A DNA stretch of 64,000 nt, taken from NCBI GenBank assembly GCA_964353135.1, contig CAYGTV010000002.1:1125-65124 (forward strand). The letters run 5' to 3'. Shown one piece after another: positions 21,848 through 31,609 of this stretch. Position 1 is the first letter of the stretch, and the number at the start of each line of letters is the position of its first letter. A model generated the notes under the pieces. It was not told the origin of the DNA. It was given only the letters and a program-made list of their open reading frames with translations, and did not search any database. Both the position numbers and the translations under genes were made by a program. The DNA comes from an uncultured Candidatus Saccharibacteria bacterium. Lineage in GTDB: Bacteria; Patescibacteriota; Minisyncoccia; Phycocordibacterales; UBA918.

Positions 21848-21907
21848 AGAAAGAAAAACAACCTGGAATCTACCGATTCCAGGTTGTTTTTCAGTTCCAT
21901 TGAGTGA

Positions 21908-22333
21908 CTACTCTGTCACCTTTATCCCCATACTGAAGCAAGATCCTTCTACGATCTTCATTGCAGCTTCGATAGAAGAGGCATTGAGGTCAGGCATCTT
22001 TTCTTCGGCTACTTCTCGCACTTGCGCTTTGGTAATTGACCCTGCACTAGAAACCAAGTTCTTGCTTGATCCTTTATCTTTTCCGATCTTTTTTAGGATC
22101 AGTCGTGACATTGGTGACACTTTGACGATAAAATCAAATGTTCGGTCATCGTACACACTAATTACAGTTGGTACTACTTCCCCCATTCGCTCTCGGGTTT
22201 GGTCGTTGAATTGGTTTACGAACTCACCGATGTTGATTCCGGCTTGTCCCAGTACCGGTCCAAGTGGTGGAGCTGGAGTAGCTTTTCCACCAATTGCCTG
22301 TACTTTGATTTTTTTTACGAGTTTTTTAGCCAT
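21908..22333 (-). CDS. rplK: 50S ribosomal protein L11
   Basis: GKATPAPPLGPVLGQ, KMPDLNA. Confidence 0.98.
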   Translation of the reverse strand: MAKKLVKKIKVQAIGGKATPAPPLGPVLGQAGINIGEFVNQFNDQTRERMGEVVPTVISVYDDRTFDFIVKVSPMSRLILKKIGKDKGSSKNLVSSAGSITKAQVREVAEEKMPDLNASSIEAAMKIVEGSCFSMGIKVTE

Positions 22334-22468
22334 AAGCTTAATTTAAAATTGTGCGGACAGTGACCGTCCATAAGTCACTCCCCTGAAGCCCCGGTACAAT
22401 ACCGAAATTATTGCGTTTTGGCAAGAGAAAAGCTGCTCCATGAGCAGCTTTTCTCTTGTGTTGTAGTG

Positions 22469-23017
22469 TTAGTTTGCTTTTTTAACCTGTAGGAAGTCTA
22501 ACTCGACAGGAGTCTCCCGCCCAAACATACTCACAAGGACTTTTACCTTTCCAGATGCCTCGTCAACCTCTCCAACCTTTCCTTCCAGGTCTTTAAATGG
22601 ACCATCGGCGATAGTCACCATGTCGCCTGCTTCTAGGTCAACTTTATGAGTTGGAGTATCACTCTCCATCTTCCTCATGAAGGATTCGTATTCAGCCTCT
22701 GTCAACGGAACTGGCTGGGTTCCTGATCCCACGAACCCCGTCACTCGTGGAGTGTTTCTAACCACAAACCATGACTCGTCGTTTACGATCATATTTACCA
22801 GCACGTACCCTGGAAATACTTTTTCTTCTTCTACCACTCGTTTTCCGCCTTTGACGCGGATCTTTTTTTCAGTTGGAACCACTACGTCAAAAATAGAGTC
22901 GTTCATGTTGAGTGAATCAATTCTTTGTTTGAGGTTACGCGTTACAGCGTTTTCGTACCCACTGTAGGTGTGGATCGCGTACCAGTGTCGCTCTCCGTCA
23001 CTTTGTTGCTTGGCCAT
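22469..23017 (-). CDS. nusG: transcription termination/antitermination factor NusG
   Basis: WYAIHTYSGYE, FPGYVLV, RNTPRVTGFVG, KOW domain FGRETPVEL. Confidence 0.98.
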   Translation of the reverse strand: MAKQQSDGERHWYAIHTYSGYENAVTRNLKQRIDSLNMNDSIFDVVVPTEKKIRVKGGKRVVEEEKVFPGYVLVNMIVNDESWFVVRNTPRVTGFVGSGTQPVPLTEAEYESFMRKMESDTPTHKVDLEAGDMVTIADGPFKDLEGKVGEVDEASGKVKVLVSMFGRETPVELDFLQVKKAN

Positions 23018-23021
23018 AAGA

Positions 23022-23210
23022 CTAGAAGTTGATTACGATGTAGTTGATAAATTGACCAAAGAGATAGTCAAAAGCCCCAGCATATAGTGCCGTTAGGACA
23101 GAGATAATAATCACTAGCAGTGAATAAAATGCAGCAGTTTGACGGGTTGGCCATTTAACTTGCTTCATTTCAGCAGCGGTAGCTTTGAGGTAATTTGCGA
23201 ATTGATCCAT
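23022..23210 (-). CDS. secE: preprotein translocase subunit SecE
   Basis: EMKQVKWPT plus TM helix; immediately upstream of nusG. Confidence 0.93.
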   Translation of the reverse strand: MDQFANYLKATAAEMKQVKWPTRQTAAFYSLLVIIISVLTALYAGAFDYLFGQFINYIVINF

Positions 23211-23341
23211 AAAATTTGTAATTAATTTGTTTCAAAAAAACCGCCCTCAGGCGATTGATTTATTTACTCACAGTATACAGCGGGCATTTAAAAAGTAAAG
23301 AGCGGCGCCTATGGCGCCGCTCTTTACTTATATACGGGACC

Positions 23342-24133
23342 CTAGCGAACCTCGTACGTGATTGTCACTCTTGAAATCGTCTGCTCCTCTCCCATTGGAA
23401 GTTCTGCCCCACCAAACCCTGATTCTGACATGTCATCATATGCCATAGTTCGATTCATGTATGGTGATGGTGCGTACCGCGCATCTTCTTCGTAATAACC
23501 AGCAATCTTTACTAGGTCAAGCCCTAGGTCTTTTGCTAGCTTGGCTGCTTTTTCTTTTGCGTCCTTGATAGCCTCGGATCTTGCCTCCGCCAGCAACGCA
23601 TCTGTGTCGTCAACTACAAAATCAAGTCCACTGATGTTGGTCGCTTCACGTTCCCCCACACCGGTAATAATCGCACTTGCTTCATCGGTGTTTCGCACTT
23701 TTACTTGAACCGACTGATTAACCTCAAAGCCAGTCTGTACCTGTTCACCGCGCTGACAAAGTTGTCCTGGTAGACAGATCTGTTCTATCCAATCGTATTT
23801 TGGGTACAGATTGTAGTCAAGAGTCTTGATGTCTTTTTCTTCTACTCCTGATTCCCGCAAGAACGCGATGATGTCATTAACCGCTGTTCCTGACTGCTCT
23901 TGAGCAGTTGCGGCATCATCTGCTTCCGCTCTAACAGAGAACGTGAACTGTCCAATGTCTGGTACTGCTAGAACCTCCCCTTCTCCCGTGACTGAGATAG
24001 TGGTCGGCATTGGATCGGCATATTTCATTTGCTCAAAATTGAGCGACGCGTATGAACCAAGTGCAATGAGAGCCATAAACACGGTTAGACCACCAAGCAA
24101 TCGCATTGGTGTGTTTGAAAATAATGAATTCAT
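23342..24133 (-). CDS. SIMPL domain protein (DUF541)
   Basis: TISVTGEG.V..PD, A.KDAK.KA motifs. Confidence 0.88.
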   Translation of the reverse strand: MNSLFSNTPMRLLGGLTVFMALIALGSYASLNFEQMKYADPMPTTISVTGEGEVLAVPDIGQFTFSVRAEADDAATAQEQSGTAVNDIIAFLRESGVEEKDIKTLDYNLYPKYDWIEQICLPGQLCQRGEQVQTGFEVNQSVQVKVRNTDEASAIITGVGEREATNISGLDFVVDDTDALLAEARSEAIKDAKEKAAKLAKDLGLDLVKIAGYYEEDARYAPSPYMNRTMAYDDMSESGFGGAELPMGEEQTISRVTITYEVR

Positions 24134-24135
24134 AA

Positions 24136-25080
24136 TTATAGTTTAGCTAAAGCCTCTCGAATAAACCTTCTGACGGTGGCGGCAAAACCTTGGTCAGAAC
24201 ATTCTGTTTGGTAGGCAGCAATGTCGACAGCAGTTGGAACTGGAATCTGATCAAGTTCGTCGTCAAGTAAATAGTACATCAGCGCAGACGGATCCTCAAC
24301 GTGCTCAATGCCTAGTGCATGACCAAATTCATGCGCCAAAACTGTTATTAACTCAAATTGGTCAGAGAATTTATAGATATTGATTTCGCCGCCACGGTAA
24401 TCCCCTTGGGTAAACTCATGGGCTTCTCCGTACAGCCTGTTGTAGGTTCTGACTTCGTTGTTGTACGTTTCAATCAAACGGTTCCCTTCGTTACTTAATT
24501 CATTGAGCTGCCTAGCAAGTGAATTAAGAGCATTGGATTCAGACCGTAGTTCACTTGACTCGTTTTCCAGCGCGACTCGTTCTTGTTCAAGTACCGCAAA
24601 GGCTGCCGGAGTAGCTCCACCTCGATCGTTGGCTTGACGTACAGCATCGTTGTATGACTCCAGACGCTCATCGTAGTTTGCTTTGCTTGTCTGAAACTGA
24701 GCGTTGCGGTTTTCATAGGTGGTCTGCAGCTCTGCAATCTGTGCCCTAAACTGGTCATTTTGGACTGCGATACCATCTAGACGCTCCCGGTCTGCCGTCT
24801 GCGCGTTGGCAGTCTCCTGTCGCTCATCAAATACAAAGTTGATAGTGAAATCTGCGGCGTCGTTATACACAAATAAATCTTGTTCAGCAACATTTTCCCA
24901 GACCATTGCAGCTTCCTCTATATATTGTTTTGCCTCTGCTTCTGTAATAGAAAAAGATTCGTCAATCACCCCCAAGCGGTAGTTGATCGGTATTGGACAG
25001 ATATAGCGGGTACTTTGGTACCACTGAGCACCAGCCAGAGACAGTGTGACTGTAAGTGCAAGCAGAAATGAAAAACGCAT
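24136..25080 (-). CDS. matrixin-family (M10) zinc metalloprotease with coiled coil
   Basis: HEFGHALGIEH..ALM Met-turn; signal-like N-terminus from MRFSF (25080). Confidence 0.85.
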   Translation of the reverse strand: MRFSFLLALTVTLSLAGAQWYQSTRYICPIPINYRLGVIDESFSITEAEAKQYIEEAAMVWENVAEQDLFVYNDAADFTINFVFDERQETANAQTADRERLDGIAVQNDQFRAQIAELQTTYENRNAQFQTSKANYDERLESYNDAVRQANDRGGATPAAFAVLEQERVALENESSELRSESNALNSLARQLNELSNEGNRLIETYNNEVRTYNRLYGEAHEFTQGDYRGGEINIYKFSDQFELITVLAHEFGHALGIEHVEDPSALMYYLLDDELDQIPVPTAVDIAAYQTECSDQGFAATVRRFIREALAKL

Positions 25081-25477
25081 AGATACAGAAGCAAACCATA
25101 TTCCACCAGAAATGACAACGGCGCCTAGCGGGGACTGCGTAGTCGCGATACGTAGTCCCTGATAGGCGCCGCCATCTTGGATGTTTACACATCCAATATA
25201 GAAACATGTTCGCAAGAGCAAAAGCTCTTACTGCACTTATAATACCCCACTAGAATAGAAAGTTTGAAAGCTTTCAACAGGTTAAGGAGATTTAACGAAT
25301 AGCGTAGCTACGACTATAAATTCCTTAGGCAGGCGCTTAGCCAGATTCGACCTACCAAGGGAAAATATGGGTGCAGCGGTCCGGCAAAGAAACTTTCAAT
25401 TTTGACAAAACCCAATCCACAGTTACAAATTGTTATCAACATAGCAGCCGGGCTGCTATGACCTATAATTAGATACA

Positions 25478-25631
25478 GAAACAGCCGCATAATTCATATC
25501 ACCGTCGAGCAATTATTATCCGTTGCTCACGGCCATAGTTCCCTAAAGGAACGTTCACAGTCTCGCCCGTCTACCTGCAAAAGTTTGGGGGTCACCGAGT
25601 GAACGATGATATGAATTATGCGGCTGTTTTC
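25478..25631. repeat. MITE/REP-like element with ~23-bp terminal inverted repeats
   Basis: aaacagccgcataattcatatca ... tgatatgaattatgcggctgttt enclosing internal hairpins. Confidence 0.6.
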
Positions 25632-25637
25632 TTTGTT

Positions 25638-27332
25638 CTACTCCTTCTTCCCTTCTGCCTCTAGCAACCGCTTGCGGACCATTTGTTGGGCGGCGTTCAT
25701 ACTGTGTTGGTAGTAGAGTGCCTTACATCCCTCTTTCCAGGCTTTGATGTATAGCTGGTTGATTTCTTTTACCGGAGTCCCTGGAGCCACCATTACGTTG
25801 AGTGACTGACCTTGATCGATAAATTTCTGTCGATCAGCTGCGCGGGCTACCACTGCTGTCTGGTCGATCTCGGCAAAGGTTCGATACACGGCTTTTTCTT
25901 CTTCGGTCAAGCAATCTAGGTGTTGTACAGACCCATCAGCGTCGCGGATACTATCCCAAACTTCTTTGGTGTCTTTACCCTTTTCTGCGAGGAGGACTTT
26001 GAGGGTTGGGTTTTTAATTACTACCTTCATTTTAGCTACGTCTTTGATGTAACAGTTACTCCAGATTGGCTCAATCCCCTGTGACACCTGCCCAAGAATA
26101 AAGGCAGACGATGTGTTTGGCGCAATCGCCATCGTGGTTGCGTTACGACGGCCATAACCCTTCATCACTTCTGGCTCACCAAGTTCAGCCGCAAGTCGCT
26201 CACTTTCTTCGTATGATTTCTTGTGAATATTCTCAAAGATTTCTTTGTTCAATTCAGCCGCTTCTTCACTATCAAAGGCTAGCCCTTTGTATTGCAAAAG
26301 TGAGTGATACCCAAGTGCTCCTAGGCCAAGTGCTCGGTTTGCTTTGGCAAAATTATATGCGTGTTCTAGGAACCTAAATGCAAGTGCTTTGTCTGCGTGT
26401 TCTGAGTCTCGCATTGCCTCTAGTTTTTCGATGAATTCGGTCATGACTGCATCCAGCAGCTGGACCATTGTTTCTACTAGATCAGTGTCTTTCCAATCAT
26501 CATAGTGACGCAGGTTGATAGAAGACAGACAACATACAAATGACCAGTCGTCTTTGCTTGGAAGCATGATTTCACTACACACGTTACTGGCGTAGATTTT
26601 GAGATCTTGTTCTTTGTGCGCTTCTACCCGCTGGTCGTTGGCGTTGTCCACGAACATGATGTACGGGTACCCGATTTCACCCCGTCTTTGGATAATTTTG
26701 GCCCAGATTTTTCGCTTGTCTTCATCACCAGCGATCATTTCTTCCATCCACTTGTTCCCCACTGTTACCGCGTGATTGATTTTCTGGATTGGGTTTCCTT
26801 CGGTACCGATGTCGAGGTGCTCTAGAATGTCTGGATGTTCTACCGGCAAGTACGCAGCAAAAGTACCGCGACGAGTAGCTCCCTGACTTACAACATTTAA
26901 AATCGTTTCAAACAGCTGCATGAAGTGAACCGGACCAGAAGAGTACCCGTTGTTTGTGATATCTGCCCCACGTGCCCGTAGTGCACCAAAGTACGCAGAC
27001 GTTCCTCCACCATACTTACTCATCATCCCCACCTCACCCTGAGTATGCAGGATGTTTGCCATGTCATCTGGTACATACGATCCAAAACAACTAATCGGCA
27101 GACCTCGCTCTAGTCCAAAGTTGGTCCACACTGGTGTCGCCAAAGAAATCCAGCCTTTTGACATGTAGTCAACAAACTTTTCCTCAAATTCTGGCTTACC
27201 CAGGATTTTGGCTGCAGTTTCTCCGATTTCCTTTGCTCGACCTTCGGGGGTTTGCCCCTCGATCAAATAACCTCGCGACAAAAACGTGCGACTATTTTCG
27301 TTCAACCAGTACCAAGGTTCCATATTGCTCAT
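25638..27332 (-). CDS. nrdA: class I ribonucleotide reductase alpha subunit (short, no ATP cone)
   Basis: ISCF, SQGATRRG, SNVCSEI, FVCCL, IAPNTSS, IDQGQS.N, LYY. Confidence 0.93.
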   Translation of the reverse strand: MSNMEPWYWLNENSRTFLSRGYLIEGQTPEGRAKEIGETAAKILGKPEFEEKFVDYMSKGWISLATPVWTNFGLERGLPISCFGSYVPDDMANILHTQGEVGMMSKYGGGTSAYFGALRARGADITNNGYSSGPVHFMQLFETILNVVSQGATRRGTFAAYLPVEHPDILEHLDIGTEGNPIQKINHAVTVGNKWMEEMIAGDEDKRKIWAKIIQRRGEIGYPYIMFVDNANDQRVEAHKEQDLKIYASNVCSEIMLPSKDDWSFVCCLSSINLRHYDDWKDTDLVETMVQLLDAVMTEFIEKLEAMRDSEHADKALAFRFLEHAYNFAKANRALGLGALGYHSLLQYKGLAFDSEEAAELNKEIFENIHKKSYEESERLAAELGEPEVMKGYGRRNATTMAIAPNTSSAFILGQVSQGIEPIWSNCYIKDVAKMKVVIKNPTLKVLLAEKGKDTKEVWDSIRDADGSVQHLDCLTEEEKAVYRTFAEIDQTAVVARAADRQKFIDQGQSLNVMVAPGTPVKEINQLYIKAWKEGCKALYYQHSMNAAQQMVRKRLLEAEGKKE

Positions 27333-27392
27333 GTGTGTATCTTTCAGTTATTTTCTAATCGCGACAGACTCTGCTTATTGTATGTACCTATT

Positions 27393-28706
27393 TTAGAACA
27401 AATCATCACTTGTGACACTTGCGGTTCGCTTACTATAGTTGACTGATCTTTTGTCAAAGAAGTCTACGTGTTTGGTGGCGATCACTTCGTTGTCAAACCA
27501 ATCTGTCTCCTCGAGTAGTGCATCACTTACTTCAAAGATCCGCGGCATGCCAATGGCTGCAAGCGAGTTGTTGAACCGATGCTTTACAAATTCTTTGACA
27601 TTAGCTGCAGGCAGGAAGTCCAGTTCACCGGCTTCAAAAATCCAATCGATGACCTTGCTTTCAGCTTCGTATGCCTCCAAACAAGCCTGGGTGATCTGCG
27701 CTTCGGTTTCTGCGTTAAACCACTCTGGGTGTTCGTCCCGGATGATGTTGATCACATCGATCCCAAACATACCGTGCAGGTTTTCTTCTTTGCTGGTTGC
27801 CTCTACTGCGTTACTGATCCCTTTAAACACGTTTTTGTGTTTGTTGAAACTCATCATGATCAAGAACTGAGAAAACAGCGATACGTGTTCAACGAACAAT
27901 GAAAACAACATCACCGCCTGAGCGTATTCTTTGTCGTCTTTAGTTTGTGCTAGCTCACCAACCTTTCCAAGGTACTCCATTCGTTCCTTGATCACCGGAA
28001 TGTTTTTGATGTTAGCAAACTCGTTGTTAAGACCAAGAATCTCGAGCAAGTGAGCGTAGGCGTCGGTGTGTCGCACTTCTGATTCAGCAAATGTTGCACC
28101 GACAGCACTAATTTCCGCCTTGGGCATTTTCTTGCCAATATCACCCCAAAAGTTTTTCACCGCCACTTCAATCTGTCCGATTGCCAACATGGTGTTTTTG
28201 ATTGCATTTCGCTCAACGTCGTTAACATCCACATGGAAATTTTGTACGTCTCCAGTGAAGTTGAATTCAGTGTGTACCCAGTATGAGTGTCGAACCGCAT
28301 CTACGTACTCGTATAGTTCCGGATATTCGTATGGCTTGAGGTTCATTCGTGAAGCAAAGATGTCTCGCTCTCGCAGTTTCTTGCGAGCATTTCGGAAAAT
28401 GATATATGCCTTGGCAGTGACAAAGTAATCCTTCTCCATCAACGCTTGCTCGACCAGGTCTTGGATTTCTTCCACGGCAGGACTTCCATCAATGCACTTA
28501 TTAGCAATTGCACTTCCTTCTTCTGCTGTTCCGGCCTGAACACACATCGCGACAACTTTTTGATGAGCTAGCTCAGCCACCTCAGTTGCATCTTTTCGGT
28601 CTCCTTCGCCTGTTTCTGCTAACGCCCGAGCGATGGCATCAACAATCTTTTCAATGTCAAAAGGCTGGGTTTGACCGTCTCGCTTACGAATTTGTTGGAT
28701 TTTCAT
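27393..28706 (-). CDS. nrdB: class I ribonucleotide reductase beta subunit with N-terminal ATP cone
   Basis: IRKRDG..FD..KI / VEEIQDLVE ATP cone; ESEVRH..AY, EENLH ferritin-like ligands; DFF..R..NY tail. Confidence 0.93.
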   Translation of the reverse strand: MKIQQIRKRDGQTQPFDIEKIVDAIARALAETGEGDRKDATEVAELAHQKVVAMCVQAGTAEEGSAIANKCIDGSPAVEEIQDLVEQALMEKDYFVTAKAYIIFRNARKKLRERDIFASRMNLKPYEYPELYEYVDAVRHSYWVHTEFNFTGDVQNFHVDVNDVERNAIKNTMLAIGQIEVAVKNFWGDIGKKMPKAEISAVGATFAESEVRHTDAYAHLLEILGLNNEFANIKNIPVIKERMEYLGKVGELAQTKDDKEYAQAVMLFSLFVEHVSLFSQFLIMMSFNKHKNVFKGISNAVEATSKEENLHGMFGIDVINIIRDEHPEWFNAETEAQITQACLEAYEAESKVIDWIFEAGELDFLPAANVKEFVKHRFNNSLAAIGMPRIFEVSDALLEETDWFDNEVIATKHVDFFDKRSVNYSKRTASVTSDDLF

Positions 28707-28994
28707 ACGTGGTTATAAAGTGTGGTGATTGATTGCGACTGAATAATTAACATCATGTATAGAAGTTAGCTGTGGAAGAAATGAACCTGTACAAGACAGG
28801 AACGTAGATAACGTCTATCAATGATGGACTACGAAGCACACACGAACCTAATTCGCGACCTAAATGATTAGGAAATTAGTGTGCCACCTCCGACACACAA
28901 GAGAAGCCACCTTCTCTTGCTGTTACTCTATCCTAACATTTTCTTGATTCTCGTAATCCACACATGTTTCAAAAAAACCTTTATTTTTCGTTAG

Positions 28995-29003
28995 TTATCC
29001 ACA
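28995..29003 (+). promoter_or_regulatory. DnaA box upstream of the nrdB-nrdA operon
   Basis: Perfect TTATCCACA; a near-match (TAATCCACA) at ~28954. Confidence 0.45.
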
Positions 29004-29123
29004 CTGGACAAAACAGGACACTGGAAAGCATTAGCTGCCTAGACTAGCGTGACAATAAAACTGTTGTACAAACAAAAAACGCCCTGATTCTTTGAAATCA
29101 TGGCGTTTTTGTCACTACCTAAA

Positions 29124-29492
29124 TTATCTTTTCAGATTGTCTCGGATCTCTTTCAAGATATCAAGTTCAGTTGGACCAGCTGGGGCTGGTTCTGCTTCTT
29201 CTGCTGGACCTTGGGCTTTGTTGATGGCTTTTATAACCAAGAAAATAACAAACGCTATGATCGTAAAGTCGATGATAGCTTGGATAAATGCACCGTAGCC
29301 AAACACCGCCTCCCCTACTGCGTATGACATATCGGAGAAATCAATGCCACCAAGGAACATTCCTACTAATGGTGTAATCAAATTATCAACCAGTGAAGAA
29401 ACAATCTTCCCAAACGCTGCTCCGATAACCACGGCTACTGCGAGATCGATGACATTTCCTTTCATCGCAAACGCTTTAAATTCCTGCAACAT
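29124..29492 (-). CDS. mscL: large-conductance mechanosensitive channel
   Basis: [27 protein letters not shown]. Confidence 0.97.
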   Translation of the reverse strand: MLQEFKAFAMKGNVIDLAVAVVIGAAFGKIVSSLVDNLITPLVGMFLGGIDFSDMSYAVGEAVFGYGAFIQAIIDFTIIAFVIFLVIKAINKAQGPAEEAEPAPAGPTELDILKEIRDNLKR

Positions 29493-29557
29493 ATATATAT
29501 GTATATTATTTAGTAAATAAAGTTGTGACTATAGTATAGCCTGTGTTACAAAAGCGT

Positions 29558-29647
29558 CTAGAACAATAACCGAGCAGCATAAAACCCGATCCCTGCCCCA
29601 AGCACAAACACTAGAGCCAACACAATAACCAATGATTCTTTTCCCAT
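29558..29647 (-). CDS. 29-aa single-TM small protein (MGKESLVIV...)
   Basis: Hydrophobic mini-ORF; the longer track ORF overlaps tRNA-His and is spurious upstream of this ATG. Confidence 0.4.
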   Translation of the reverse strand: MGKESLVIVLALVFVLGAGIGFYAARLLF

Positions 29648-29746
29648 ATGATAAGTATACCGTGTAAAAGACTCGACTTTTAGTATAAAAATAGGTATAA
29701 CTATGGCCACCACGGAAGACATCACAACTGTCTTCCCACGGCACAT

Positions 29747-29819
29747 GGCGACTATAGTATAACGGTTAGTGCACCGGTTTGTGGTACCGGCAGTTCGGGT
29801 TCGATTCCCGGTAGTCGCC
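29747..29819 (+). tRNA. tRNA-His (GTG)
   Basis: G-1 plus gcgacta/tagtcgc acceptor, ccggt-ttGTGgt-accgg anticodon arm, ggttcgattcc T arm, C73; no encoded CCA. Confidence 0.95.
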
Positions 29820-29882
29820 CTAAAGTCAAAAGACCAATTGAACTCTTTGTTTGAATGGTCTTTTGGTTCCATTAGACGAAGT

Positions 29883-30668
29883 TTATTTTAGATTCAGAGA
29901 GTTTGACCAGATATTATCAAACATGGAACGCATCATTTTTGAATGTGCCTGTGACTGTATAAGGACTGCATATTTTTCCTTTTTAGGTGACACATACAAA
30001 GTTTTATCATCATAGATAAAGATAGTGGTGTCAAAACTGTTATGCATGTCGATCGGCAATTGTTTTATGTCTGCGTCCAAATAAAACTCATCGATCACAC
30101 TTTTACTAGGAATATCTTCCCAGAGTGCAGTTGTCTGGATTTTTCTCTTTGTCTTTTCTTTCACGTATTCCTCAACAAAATCTGCACCCATTTCATGAAA
30201 GAAGTTTTTTGCAGGCACTATAGTTCTAATAGTTTTATCTTTACTATATAAACTATAAAAAATAGTTGCCTTAATTGTTTCAAAACTATCAAAATAAGAA
30301 ACTAGTGTTTTTTCAGTATCTTTGTTTTCTGGATAGTAATCCTTCAACTTTTTTGTTTTCTCTAACAACTCATTCTGCTTCCTAATATTCTTCTGCACCA
30401 ACTCAAGCAATTTATCTAAGGGTTCAACCTGAAACTTATTGCCATAATCCTTACCCGTCTTACTCACCAAACCTCTTTTTTCAAGAGAGTTGAGAGAATA
30501 GTAAACAGTAGGTCTTTTTTCATCAGTTACTCTTATAACATCTTGAACAGACTGTGCTCCATCAAGTAAAGATACATAGACCGCTATCTCGGCTGGTGAC
30601 AACCCAATATCCTCAAGGATAATTGTAATATCTCTTTTATTCATAGTTGTATAGTCGCTATTATACAT
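29883..30668 (-). CDS. TrmB-family transcriptional regulator
   Basis: GLS..E..VY..LL, RPTVY.SL.SL.KRGLV wHTH; PLD-like C-terminal domain. Confidence 0.85.
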   Translation of the reverse strand: MYNSDYTTMNKRDITIILEDIGLSPAEIAVYVSLLDGAQSVQDVIRVTDEKRPTVYYSLNSLEKRGLVSKTGKDYGNKFQVEPLDKLLELVQKNIRKQNELLEKTKKLKDYYPENKDTEKTLVSYFDSFETIKATIFYSLYSKDKTIRTIVPAKNFFHEMGADFVEEYVKEKTKRKIQTTALWEDIPSKSVIDEFYLDADIKQLPIDMHNSFDTTIFIYDDKTLYVSPKKEKYAVLIQSQAHSKMMRSMFDNIWSNSLNLK

Positions 30669-30736
30669 AATTGAACATATGTATCAAACTCCCTATTATG
30701 CATTAAGTAGTTCTTTAACAAACGAAGGAGAAAATA

Positions 30737-31120
30737 ATGGATAATCTCGCAATTAACATAATCTTTGGTCATTTTGTTGGAGACTTCTTTCTTCAACACA
30801 AACTGATGGCAAATAATAAGTACCTGCCTGGATGGACTGCCGCTGGATGGTGTTCACTCCATGTTCTTGTTTACACCTTAACAGTTGCTACTTTTGCGAG
30901 TAACTTCTCGCCAATATTTCTGCTGGGTGTAGCAATTCCACACTGGATTGCTGACAGGTTTTCTATTGCACACAAATGGATGCAGCTAATCGGACGAGGT
31001 GACCTTATTCCAAATGATGATCCTACAAAAGCTGCTTTTGGGGCGATTATCTATGTGACTCTGGATCAGACCTTCCATCTTGGAAGCCTCTATATCCTCA
31101 TCCTGCTAACTCAAGCCTAA
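30737..31120 (+). CDS. DUF3307 membrane protein
   Basis: GHFVGDFFLQ..M...K, HW..D, DQTFH. Confidence 0.85.
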   Translation: MDNLAINIIFGHFVGDFFLQHKLMANNKYLPGWTAAGWCSLHVLVYTLTVATFASNFSPIFLLGVAIPHWIADRFSIAHKWMQLIGRGDLIPNDDPTKAAFGAIIYVTLDQTFHLGSLYILILLTQA

Positions 31121-31130
31121 GGAGAATACA

Positions 31131-31493
31131 ATGGGTATGTCTATGTTTGGTTCACGGTGTTCTGACGATTCTCACAGGGATTCTTATACACCCCCAGTTT
31201 ACATTCGTGAGGAAGTGCCATTACCAGGGAATCCGAATCCTAGTAACTTCGAAATTCAAAAACTGGAGAGAGTGAACCACTTCACCATAATGTTGGTTGA
31301 GTATCCTGATTGCCTGAACTTTGAAGGGAAAAAGATTTTAGTCTTCAAAACTCTTGCATTGGGTAACATCAAAAAAATCTCTTCTCTTGACCCTCACTTT
31401 TGTGATTCCACTAGGCACACATCACCAGTCGCACGATTTATGCCTACTGATCAAGGCTGGCAGTATGCAATTGCGTTTTGTAATAACGCATAA
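31131..31493 (+). CDS. hypothetical protein (phage-like)
   Basis: PNP.NF, YPDC.NFEG.KI, DPHF, PVARF pattern; AAGGAG SD; terminator at 31499-31525. Confidence 0.6.
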   Translation: MGMSMFGSRCSDDSHRDSYTPPVYIREEVPLPGNPNPSNFEIQKLERVNHFTIMLVEYPDCLNFEGKKILVFKTLALGNIKKISSLDPHFCDSTRHTSPVARFMPTDQGWQYAIAFCNNA

Positions 31494-31525
31494 TATATAG
31501 GCACCCATGTACTGGGTGCCTTCTT

Positions 31526-31609
31526 TTATATAAACACCTCCCTCGCCTCCTCGAGCCAACCCACAGTCATCTCCTCAAACTGGTTCCACCCCATGGACAG
31601 TACGTGCCC
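31526..31609. repeat. att-like junction arm A, degenerate copy 1
   Basis: tggttccacccc..ggacagta..gccc; the minus strand reads G..LSMGWNQFEEM.../WLEEAREVFI*. Confidence 0.7.

Noticed and set aside
25410-25441. Replication origin
   Set aside because: Only one or two imperfect DnaA-like boxes are present, with no dnaA/dnaN context.
29648-29872. N-terminal part of the 104-aa ORF
   Set aside because: It is an antisense read-through of tRNA-His.
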